Below are positions 56,476-64,000 of a stretch of DNA of 64,000 bases, piece by piece. Positions within the stretch are counted from its first letter, which is position 1. The number at the start of each line of letters is the position of its first letter. Origin of the DNA: an uncultured Bordetella sp. (GTDB taxonomy: Bacteria; Pseudomonadota; Gammaproteobacteria; Burkholderiales; SG8-41). The notes beneath the pieces were generated by a model, which worked only from the letters and a program-made list of their open reading frames with translations, was not told the DNA's origin and made no database searches. The DNA is taken from assembly GCA_964531455.1 (NCBI GenBank), contig CAZHFZ010000001.1:40454-104453 (forward strand), given 5' to 3'. The translations under genes were made by a program, and so were the position numbers.

Positions 56476-58530
56476 ATGGCCCAGCATTCCCCCGCCCGAG
56501 CCATCTACGACCTGCTGTCGTCAATGCGCTTTGCCGTCAGCCTGCTGACAATATTGGCCATTGCCTCCGTAGTTGGCACTGTGCTGAAACAGGCGGAACC
56601 ATACGCCAATTACATTTCCCAGTTCGGGCCGTTCTGGTTTCCTGTTTTTGAGAGTCTTGGACTCTACGATGTTTATCACGCCGCCTGGTTTCTGGCGATT
56701 CTGAGCTTCCTGGTGCTGTCGACGAGCCTGTGCATATTCCGTAACGGCCCGGCGATGCTGCGGGAGATGCGTAATTTCCGCGAACAGGCGACCGAACGTT
56801 CACTGCAGCATATCCAGCATCGTGTTGAATATGAATTCAGCACGCCTTCTGCAGCCGTCATTGAGCGGGTTGCACAATATCTGAATTCGCAGAATTATCG
56901 TTTCCGAACGGTGGCTCGCGGAGAGTCCGGCGCCGATACGCTGTTTGCAGCAAAAGCCGGCAGTTATCACCGTGTCGGATATCTGCTTGCCCATAGCGGT
57001 ATTGTCGTGATCTGCATCGGCGGTTTGCTTGATGGCAACATTCCGCTGAAACTGCTGCAGCTGACCGGACAGAAGGTCGTCGAGACCCGCGATGTTCCGC
57101 AAAGCAAGGTGCCGCCGGAGAGCCGGTTGTCGCCATCCAATTTGTCATTTCGCGGCAACGTCAATATTCCGGAAGGCAGCAGCGCCAGCGTGATTTTCAT
57201 GAATATTGACGACGGCTACTTTGTACAGGATCTGCCTTTTACGATTGCACTGAACAAATTTCACATTGATCACTATTCGACCGGACAGCCCAAGGATTTT
57301 GCCAGCGACATTGTGGTGATTGATCGTGAAACCGGCGAGCGCTTCGAACGCACGATACGCGTCAACTATCCTTTCATCTACAAGGGTGTAGCAATCTACC
57401 AGGCCAGTTTTGCCGACGGCGGAACGAGGATGCAACTCAAAGGCTGGCCGTTACTGTCGCCGCGAGCGGCGCCTTTTGACGTCGCCGGCGCAGTCAATAA
57501 ATCGACCAGCATCAAAAGCGGCGACTCAGAAATACGGCTGGAGCTTTCCGATTTCCGGCCTTTCAATATCGAGGATCTGGCTGCAAACGACGCCGCGGGC
57601 TCGCGCATCGAAACCGCCAGCGTATCGAAAAAAATCATGGATCAGCTGGGTTCTGCGGCTGCTGATCATTCAAAAAAGGACCTGCGCAATGTCGGACCGA
57701 GTTTTCAGTATCGGCTGCGCGACGCACAGGGCCAGGCGCGTGAATTCAGCAATTACATGCTGCCGCTGCAACTGGAAGGCGCCTGGTATCTTCTGACGGG
57801 TGTACGCGCGACGCCCAATGAAACTTTCCGCTACATGCGCCTGCCGCTTGATGCCGAAGGCCGCATCGACAGCCACATGCAGTTGCGAACGCTGCTGCTG
57901 GATGAACGGGCATGGCCTGAAATCACGCGCCGATTTGCGCGCAACGCCGTTGCCGGATCGGCGGTTTCAACTCAGATGCGCGACCGTCTGAAGGAGAGTG
58001 CTGAACGAGTTCTCCAGTTGTTTGCGGTTCGCGGCCTGGATTCAGTAGTGCAGTTTCTGGAAAAAGGTATTCCCGCGGCGGATCGGGAAAAAGCGGCTGA
58101 CGCCTATATCAAGGTATTGGAAGGGGTCGCACTAGAGGCACTGCAACTGGCTCGGGAGCGGGCGAAGCTGCCCTTGGCACCGCTTGATGAACAGACCCTG
58201 CGTCTGGTGCGCGACAGCCTGATTTCAATCAGCGACAGTTTCTTCTACGGCGCGCCGTTTTATCTGCAGCTACTTCAATATGAAGAGGTCAAGGCGTCCG
58301 GACTGCAGCTGACCCGCTCTCCGGGCAAAAATATCGTTTATGGCGGCTCGCTGCTGCTGGTCCTTGGCGTGTTCGCGATGCTGTACATCCGTGAACGCCG
58401 TGTATGGGTATTGGTCAAACCGGCGCAAAAACGCTTGCTGCTGGCAATGGCGACCAACCGTCAGACCCTGGAAAACGAACAAGAATTTGAACGTCACAAG
58501 GCGGCCTTTGCGGACGCCGTGAAAGGCTGA
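56476..58530 (+). CDS. resB: Cytochrome c biogenesis protein ResB/Ccs1 (system II)
   Basis: LLSSMRFAVSLL..LAIASVVGTVLKQ, DVYHAAWF, conserved His in GYLLAH, VNYPF, YQASF, C-terminal TM. Confidence 0.93.
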   Translation: MAQHSPARAIYDLLSSMRFAVSLLTILAIASVVGTVLKQAEPYANYISQFGPFWFPVFESLGLYDVYHAAWFLAILSFLVLSTSLCIFRNGPAMLREMRNFREQATERSLQHIQHRVEYEFSTPSAAVIERVAQYLNSQNYRFRTVARGESGADTLFAAKAGSYHRVGYLLAHSGIVVICIGGLLDGNIPLKLLQLTGQKVVETRDVPQSKVPPESRLSPSNLSFRGNVNIPEGSSASVIFMNIDDGYFVQDLPFTIALNKFHIDHYSTGQPKDFASDIVVIDRETGERFERTIRVNYPFIYKGVAIYQASFADGGTRMQLKGWPLLSPRAAPFDVAGAVNKSTSIKSGDSEIRLELSDFRPFNIEDLAANDAAGSRIETASVSKKIMDQLGSAAADHSKKDLRNVGPSFQYRLRDAQGQAREFSNYMLPLQLEGAWYLLTGVRATPNETFRYMRLPLDAEGRIDSHMQLRTLLLDERAWPEITRRFARNAVAGSAVSTQMRDRLKESAERVLQLFAVRGLDSVVQFLEKGIPAADREKAADAYIKVLEGVALEALQLARERAKLPLAPLDEQTLRLVRDSLISISDSFFYGAPFYLQLLQYEEVKASGLQLTRSPGKNIVYGGSLLLVLGVFAMLYIRERRVWVLVKPAQKRLLLAMATNRQTLENEQEFERHKAAFADAVKG

Positions 58531-58533
58531 ACC

Positions 58534-59679
58534 ATGGAACTGACCCGGAATTACCCGCAATCGCGATCCTTGCTGCGCCGGCTTTCCTGGATGGACTGGA
58601 TGTACGCTGCGGCCCTTGTAGTGGGTGCTGTTTACGCCCTAAAGCTGTATGGCGATTACATGGATGTTTACGAAAAGGGCATTCTCGCTGGAACAGCGCT
58701 GACCATCGCCGCGCTGGGCTGGTACTGGAAGCCCGTGCGGGTGCTGATGGCCGTCATCATTGGCGTCAGTCTCTGGAGCATTTCCCTGTATCAGGGGGAT
58801 CTCGCGCGCGCTGATCAGGCATTCCTGCTCAAGTACCTGATCTCCAGCCAGACTGCAATCATGTGGATGTGTTTTTTGTTTGCGATGGCCGGTGTTGCCT
58901 ATTGGGCCGGCCTGCTGGCACGTGCCGACGGAGTGACGCAAGCAGGGACCGGATTGACCTGGAGTGCCACGACAATGGGGCTGATTGGCCTGTTGGTTCG
59001 CTGGTATGAGTCCTATCTGGTTGGCATCGACGTCGGCCATATTCCCATCAGCAATCTTTACGAAGTGTTTGTGTTGTTCTGCATCATCACCGCACTGCTT
59101 TATCTTTATTACGAAGGTCATTACGCCACTCGCAAGCTGGGGGCTTTCGTGCTGATGATCATCCTCGCCGCAGTTGCTTTCATTCTCTGGTACACCTTTG
59201 ACCGCGGCGCTCATGAAATCCAGCCGCTGGTTCCGGCATTGCAGTCCTGGTGGATGAAAATCCACGTGCCCGCCAATTTTGTCGGTTACGGCGCCTTTTC
59301 AATTGCAGCGATGATCGCCATTGCCTATCTGCTGGCCAGCAAAGGGATACTCAGCCGCCTGCTTCCGCCGGCCGAGGTAATGGATGATGTGATGTATAAA
59401 GCGATCGCCATCGGCTTCACGTTCTTCACGATAGCCACCATCCTCGGCGCGATGTGGGCTGCCGAAGCCTGGGGCGGTTACTGGTCTTGGGATCCGAAGG
59501 AAACCTGGGCGCTGATTGTGTGGCTGAACTACGCGGCGTGGCTGCACATGCGGCTAATCAAGGGTCTGCGCGGTCCGGTGCTGGCATGGTGGGCAATCAT
59601 CGGCCTTTTCGTGACGACTTTTGCCTTCATTGGAGTCAACATGTTCCTGTCAGGGCTCCACTCTTACGGCGCGCTCTAG
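58534..59679 (+). CDS. ccsA: Cytochrome c biogenesis protein CcsA/ResC (system II)
   Basis: HIPISNLYE, LVPALQSWWMKIHVP, WWD domain WAAEAWGGYWSWDPKETW, GLHSYG. Confidence 0.95.
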   Translation: MELTRNYPQSRSLLRRLSWMDWMYAAALVVGAVYALKLYGDYMDVYEKGILAGTALTIAALGWYWKPVRVLMAVIIGVSLWSISLYQGDLARADQAFLLKYLISSQTAIMWMCFLFAMAGVAYWAGLLARADGVTQAGTGLTWSATTMGLIGLLVRWYESYLVGIDVGHIPISNLYEVFVLFCIITALLYLYYEGHYATRKLGAFVLMIILAAVAFILWYTFDRGAHEIQPLVPALQSWWMKIHVPANFVGYGAFSIAAMIAIAYLLASKGILSRLLPPAEVMDDVMYKAIAIGFTFFTIATILGAMWAAEAWGGYWSWDPKETWALIVWLNYAAWLHMRLIKGLRGPVLAWWAIIGLFVTTFAFIGVNMFLSGLHSYGAL

Positions 59680-59692
59680 ATCGCTGTCCTGT

Positions 59693-60670
59693 TCAGGGAC
59701 TGACCGGAGTCGGCGCGGGTAAGGGCAATCCCCGTGCAGCAGCGACACGCCTCAGCAGATCGGGATAATCCGAGATGATGCCGTCGACGCCCAGTTCGAT
59801 CATACGCGCCATATCCCGTTCTTCATTGACGGTCCATACCACCACTTTCACTCCAAGCTGCTGCGCTTCGCGAAGGATGGCTTCGGTCAGGTCGCCAAAA
59901 TAAGGTGACCATACTGCACCGCCGGCGCTGCTTACCAGTTTCGGCAGTGAGCCGCCGAACTGACTGATATGTTTCCCTGCGGTCCATGGTGATGAAGAAG
60001 CGCCTGCACGGATGTTGTCCTGCCAGGGCTGCTGGACGGAAAGATAGACAGTGCCGATTTGCGGGGCTTCCTGTTGCACGGTCTGCAGCGTGCGCCAGTC
60101 AAAGGATTGGATGGTGACCCGGGATTCGAGTTTTTCAGCGCGCACCAGCGCAATCAGGGCGCGTGCAAATTCTGCCGGCGGCAGTGTGCGTTGCGGGTGA
60201 TCCGGAGAAATTTTGGTCTCGATGTTGAAACGCACCTGATCATTGCCCGCGCGTCTTGCCAACGCGAATACGTCGGCCAAGCGCGGCATGCGCGTGCCGT
60301 CAACAGCCCGCTGCTTTGCAAAGCGCTGTGAATAGCTTGAACCGGAACGGATTCGGCCGAAATCATATTGCTGCAGTTCGGCAAAAGTGAGCTGATTGAT
60401 CGCAAGATCATCCCGTTTTAGCCAAAAACCGTCGGGTCCGCGAGTGATGTCGGGATTGAGCGTGGCGTCGTGGCTGACCACGATCACGCCGTCTTTCGTC
60501 ACCGCAGTATCGAGTTCGAGAGTAGTGACGCCGAGAGTCAGTGCCTGCGCAAATGCCGGTAGCGTATTTTCCGGCAACAATCCACGGGCGCCGCGATGGC
60601 CCTGAAGATCCAGACCCAATGCAGCACCATTGATCATCAGCAGTGCGGCTGCAATGAACAATCGGTGCAT
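59693..60670 (-). CDS. Periplasmic glycerophosphodiester phosphodiesterase
   Basis: Signal peptide, QGHRGARGLLPENTLPAF, ELD..VTKDG..VVSHD, NIETK, IQSFDW, WTVN, DGIISDYPD. Confidence 0.92.
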   Translation of the reverse strand: MHRLFIAAALLMINGAALGLDLQGHRGARGLLPENTLPAFAQALTLGVTTLELDTAVTKDGVIVVSHDATLNPDITRGPDGFWLKRDDLAINQLTFAELQQYDFGRIRSGSSYSQRFAKQRAVDGTRMPRLADVFALARRAGNDQVRFNIETKISPDHPQRTLPPAEFARALIALVRAEKLESRVTIQSFDWRTLQTVQQEAPQIGTVYLSVQQPWQDNIRAGASSSPWTAGKHISQFGGSLPKLVSSAGGAVWSPYFGDLTEAILREAQQLGVKVVVWTVNEERDMARMIELGVDGIISDYPDLLRRVAAARGLPLPAPTPVSP

Positions 60671-60682
60671 GTAGCACTCACG

Positions 60683-61387
60683 CTATTCGCCGGCGGCGAG
60701 AAAAGAGGTCAGGCGCCAGCCGTTTTCACCCTTGCGAAAACACGCCAGATGTTCGATCGGGCTGCGGATATGTTCTTCAGGAATGAAACCGTCTCGCTCC
60801 TGCGCCCGGATTTTTACCCATTTTTGTTTGCTTTCGGCATCACGATCGGCAACCTCCCAATCCGTAACACGAACGATGACATGGCCCAGTACAAACTGAA
60901 CCATGGCACTTCCTGAGGGCCCGCTTCGGACATCGGTCTGCCTGGCAGTGATGGCGCCATAAACATGAGGATCGATATCTTTAGGCCATTGCGGCAATAC
61001 ATATGGCGCGCAAAGGCTTCGAGGCATATGGTCATGGCGGTAATAAGCGGCTGCAAGATGCAATGCCCGGGGCAGTTCCCGCCATAGCGGACCATCATCA
61101 GCATCGGGTTCCCATTGCCGCATGAATTCTTCCATGCCGCGTGGCCGTTCAAGTCCGTTGCGTACGTTGCGATCAACGATCCCCAGAACGAACTTGCGGT
61201 CGCGCTGCTGGATTGCCGTTAGCAAGCGGTCGCGGAACCGCGCCCACGATACATCGCCCGCGGCTTCATCCCGGGGCACGAACGCGGGTTCCACCGCGGG
61301 AGTGGCTGCACCCGCCTTCAGGCTCAGCGCGAACAACACGGCGCAGCCGGCGGGGATCAGCAAGCTTTTCATCAGCAGCATGGACAT
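60683..61387 (-). CDS. Exported hypothetical protein with probable C-terminal SH3b-like domain
   Basis: Signal peptide (AGA); DVRSGPS...WVKI...GFIPEEHI resembles the bacterial SH3 signature. Confidence 0.6.
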   Translation of the reverse strand: MSMLLMKSLLIPAGCAVLFALSLKAGAATPAVEPAFVPRDEAAGDVSWARFRDRLLTAIQQRDRKFVLGIVDRNVRNGLERPRGMEEFMRQWEPDADDGPLWRELPRALHLAAAYYRHDHMPRSLCAPYVLPQWPKDIDPHVYGAITARQTDVRSGPSGSAMVQFVLGHVIVRVTDWEVADRDAESKQKWVKIRAQERDGFIPEEHIRSPIEHLACFRKGENGWRLTSFLAAGE

Positions 61388-61474
61388 GGGACTTTATGGA
61401 ATTCGGTGTTCCGGGGGCCCCGGAAGAATGGAGCAGTATCTTAAGCGGCAGCCATGGGCTGCACAACCAGGAGC

Positions 61475-62209
61475 TCAGGCGGCGGATTTTGCTGCAGCGA
61501 CCTGGGCACGAAGCAATTCCACCGCTGCATTGCGCGAATCAATGACGCGCTGGCGGGCAATACGTTCAGCCGCATCACCATCGCCTTCGCGAATGGCCTG
61601 CAGCAATCCTTGCCAGTGACGCACGGATTGCCTGCGACGGTTTGCAGATGACAAGCCCAGCCGGGTATAGCGTACGGTTTGGACCGCCAGCGAACCGAGG
61701 ATGGATTGCAGGCGACGGTTGCCGGCAGCCTGGGTCAGCAGCCGGTTCAGCCGGTTAACGGTTTCGATATATTCATCGCCATTGCCGGGCAATTCGGCGG
61801 ACACGACCAGACGTTTGACGTCCTCTTCGATCAGCGGCAACAGGGCATCCCGCTGCGAACTTTCCGCGATCAGCCGGTCGCGCAGGCCGTTGAGCATGGC
61901 GCGAATATCGAAGATTTCGTTGACCTCTTCGATGGTCGGATTGGTAACCTGGGCGCCGCGGCGGGCGAGGATGATGACCAGACCTTCTTTTTCCAGTAGC
62001 CGAAGCGCCTCCCGCACAGGGCCACGGCTGACTTCGAATTCTGCGGCCACGCTTTGTTCCATGATGCGCTGCCCCGGCGTGTAGGTACCGGATACGATGC
62101 GTGCAGACAGTTGAGCCGCTATTTGCTCAGGCAATGATTGCGTCAACGGAGTGTCAGTACGCAAGTGCGGCATCAGATCTGGGGATGGATGATGGCCAGG
62201 GGCGGACAT
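61475..62209 (-). CDS. GntR family (FadR/FCD) transcriptional regulator
   Basis: wHTH PGQRIMEQSVAAEFEVSRGPVREALRLLEKEGLV, FCD-like C-terminus. Start ATG 62209 or 62173. Confidence 0.92.
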   Translation of the reverse strand: MSAPGHHPSPDLMPHLRTDTPLTQSLPEQIAAQLSARIVSGTYTPGQRIMEQSVAAEFEVSRGPVREALRLLEKEGLVIILARRGAQVTNPTIEEVNEIFDIRAMLNGLRDRLIAESSQRDALLPLIEEDVKRLVVSAELPGNGDEYIETVNRLNRLLTQAAGNRRLQSILGSLAVQTVRYTRLGLSSANRRRQSVRHWQGLLQAIREGDGDAAERIARQRVIDSRNAAVELLRAQVAAAKSAA

Positions 62210-62219
62210 AATGAATTCC

Positions 62220-62248
62220 AAGATACGGCCACTTTGTATGATTGTCAA
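62220..62248 (-). promoter_or_regulatory. sigma70 promoter of the GntR gene
   Basis: Minus strand TTGACA-N17-TATCTT. Confidence 0.6.
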
Positions 62249-62253
62249 CAATC
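62240..62253. promoter_or_regulatory. Probable GntR operator palindrome
   Basis: GATTGT-ca-ACAATC inverted repeat, with a second degenerate copy TTCTTGACAA adjacent; overlaps both -35 elements. Confidence 0.6.
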
Positions 62254-62256
62254 TTC

Positions 62257-62285
62257 TTGACAACAAAATGGCCCAAGACTAGCAT
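62257..62285 (+). promoter_or_regulatory. sigma70 promoter of the biotin carrier/carboxyltransferase operon
   Basis: TTGACA-N17-TAGCAT. Confidence 0.65.
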
Positions 62286-62325
62286 CCAAATACTTATTTT
62301 CAGACCCAACCCGAGGAGCACGACC

Positions 62326-62547
62326 ATGGCCCGCATCGAAGTCAAATCCGAAATCACCGGCACCGTCTGGCAACTGAAAGCCAAACCGGGCGACAAGGTG
62401 GAAGGTGGCGATGTACTGATCGTTATCGAGTCCATGAAAATGGAAATTCCCGTGATCACCGAAGACGGCGGCACGGTAAAGGAAATCCTGGTCAATGAAA
62501 AAGACCCGGTATCCGAAGGTCAGGTCGTAGCCATCATTGAAGAGTAG
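62326..62547 (+). CDS. Stand-alone biotin carboxyl carrier protein (73 aa)
   Basis: GAGGAG SD; MARIEVKSEITGTVW...IESMKMEIPV biotinylation motif. Confidence 0.93.
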   Translation: MARIEVKSEITGTVWQLKAKPGDKVEGGDVLIVIESMKMEIPVITEDGGTVKEILVNEKDPVSEGQVVAIIEE

Positions 62548-62639
62548 ATCCTGAAGCAAGCGAACACTTATGCACTAAGTGCAAGTGCACGCTTACAAAT
62601 AACTAATTGTATTTAAAAATAAATTATTAATCATTTGGC

Positions 62640-64000
62640 ATGAGCTGGCAGCCTGAAATCGACGAACTTCAGCGGCGGCGTCAACTGGCGGAAGCCTGCG
62701 GTGGTGCCGAGGCGGTGGCCAAACACCATGCCCAAGGTAAGTTGACGGTTCGTGAACGGGTGGCTGCACTAGCCGATCCAGGGTCCTTTCGCGAGGTCGG
62801 TAAACTGGCCGGCAAATCGACTTATGACGCATCCGGGCAGCTGAAGGGTTTCGAACCGGCGCCTTATGTGATGGGCATCGCCCGTATCAACGGGCGTCCG
62901 GTTGCGATCGGCGGCGAGGATTACACCATCCGCGCCGGTACCGGTTTCGGCAGCGATCGCCGCAAAGGCGGGCAGGGCGGCTTTATCGAAGACCTCGCTT
63001 TTGAGTACCGGATTCCGCTGATCAACCTGATCGATGGCACCGGCGGCACGGTCAACACCGCCAAACGCAAGGGTTACACCGTGGTTCCCGGTTACGGCCA
63101 GGACGGCATCGAGCGTTCGGTAGAACTGCTCGGTCAGGTGCCGGTGGTGTCGGCGGTGATGGGCACGACCGCCGGCGGACCGTCGATGCGCGCGATTCTT
63201 GCGCACTGGTCGATCATGGTCAAAGGCACAGGTCAGATTTTTGCTGCAGGGCCGCCGGTGGTCGAACGCGCTTTCGGCGAAAAGCTGCACAAGGACGAAC
63301 TGGGCGGTACCAAGGTCGCGGTCGATACCGCCGGCACCATCGACAATGTCGCCGAGAACGAGCAGGACTGTTTTGAGCAAATCCGCCGTTTCCTGTCGTA
63401 CATGCCTCAGAACGTCTGGGAACTGCCGCCGGTTGAAAACAATGGCGATCCGGTGGATCGCTGCGAAGACGCGCTGGCCAGCATCGTTCCGCGTTCCAAT
63501 CGCCAGGCCTACAACATGAAAAAGCTGGTCGGCCTGATTGTCGACCGCGATTCGTTTTTCGAAATCCAGCCGACCTTCGGCAAAGCGGTGATCACCGCGC
63601 TGGCACGGATGAACGGTAAAGTCGTCGGCGTCATTGCCAGCAATCCGATGGTCGGCGGCATCATGGATTTCAAAGCAGCACGCAAGCAAGGGCACTTCGC
63701 CGAACTGTGCGACATGTTCAATATCCCGATCATTCTGTTTGCCGACATTCCCGGACTAATGGTCGGCCGTGAATCCGAAGCCGATGCCATCCTCCGCGAA
63801 GGGGTACGCACGCGTTACATCCTCGGTCAGGTCAAAGTGCCGATGTTCACGGTGATCGTGCGCAAATGTTATGGCGTTGCCGGCGGCGGCTTTATTGATC
63901 GCGCCGGGCTTAATTTCAAGATTGCCTGGCCGTCGGGCGAGTGGGGCTCCCTGCCGGTTGAAGGTGGCGTTAAAGCGGCCTATCGCCGTGAAATCGAAAG
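62640..64000 (+). CDS. Acyl-CoA carboxylase carboxyltransferase (beta) subunit, 3' truncated by window edge
   Basis: Translated by hand: MSWQPEIDELQRRRQLAEACGGAEAVAKHHAQGKLTVRERV...GIARINGRPVAIGGEDYT...AGPPVV...ELGG...FFEIQPTFGK...ARMNG...DIPGLMVGRESE...RKCYG. Confidence 0.9.
   Translation, partial: MSWQPEIDELQRRRQLAEACGGAEAVAKHHAQGKLTVRERVAALADPGSFREVGKLAGKSTYDASGQLKGFEPAPYVMGIARINGRPVAIGGEDYTIRAGTGFGSDRRKGGQGGFIEDLAFEYRIPLINLIDGTGGTVNTAKRKGYTVVPGYGQDGIERSVELLGQVPVVSAVMGTTAGGPSMRAILAHWSIMVKGTGQIFAAGPPVVERAFGEKLHKDELGGTKVAVDTAGTIDNVAENEQDCFEQIRRFLSYMPQNVWELPPVENNGDPVDRCEDALASIVPRSNRQAYNMKKLVGLIVDRDSFFEIQPTFGKAVITALARMNGKVVGVIASNPMVGGIMDFKAARKQGHFAELCDMFNIPIILFADIPGLMVGRESEADAILREGVRTRYILGQVKVPMFTVIVRKCYGVAGGGFIDRAGLNFKIAWPSGEWGSLPVEGGVKAAYRREIE

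Noticed and set aside
61409-61425. TTCCGGGG-g-CCCCGGAA inverted repeat as a terminator or REP
   Set aside because: No U-tract on either strand and only one copy seen.
62636-62651. TGGCATGAGCTGGCA as a sigma54 promoter
   Set aside because: GG-GC spacing is 9 rather than 10 nt and it overlaps the start codon.

Overview
GC-rich betaproteobacterial chromosome segment covering the replication-origin region. It is almost all core genes: a LysM/TsaP-like gene, dprA and topB; gyrB-dnaN-dnaA; rpmH-rnpA-yidC-mnmE; two parS sites; mnmG-rsmG-parA-parB; atpIBEFHAGDC; and glmU-glmS. A ~22 kb minus-strand block follows (pilMNOPQ-aroKB-dgt-gltBD-hemE-priA-argS-SPOR-dsbA-dsbA-SDR), then mrcA, a conserved hypothetical gene, hemB, engB, cytochrome c4 with system II biogenesis genes (resB/ccsA), a GDPD, an SH3-like protein, and a GntR-regulated biotin carrier + carboxyltransferase module that runs off the window. 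No mobile element, CRISPR array, tRNA or rRNA was seen. The most interesting signals are non-coding. (1) A four-hairpin sRNA with CU-rich loops and a sigmaE-type promoter lies between hemB and engB (anti-hemB-like, at the Spot 42/ErsA position). (2) There are two separate DnaA-box clusters (dnaA-dnaN and hemE-priA). (3) Several promoters look leaderless. (4) CRP/Vfr-like and IHF sites and a GntR operator straddling divergent promoters are present. All calls are by-eye motif and family recognition; no searches were run.
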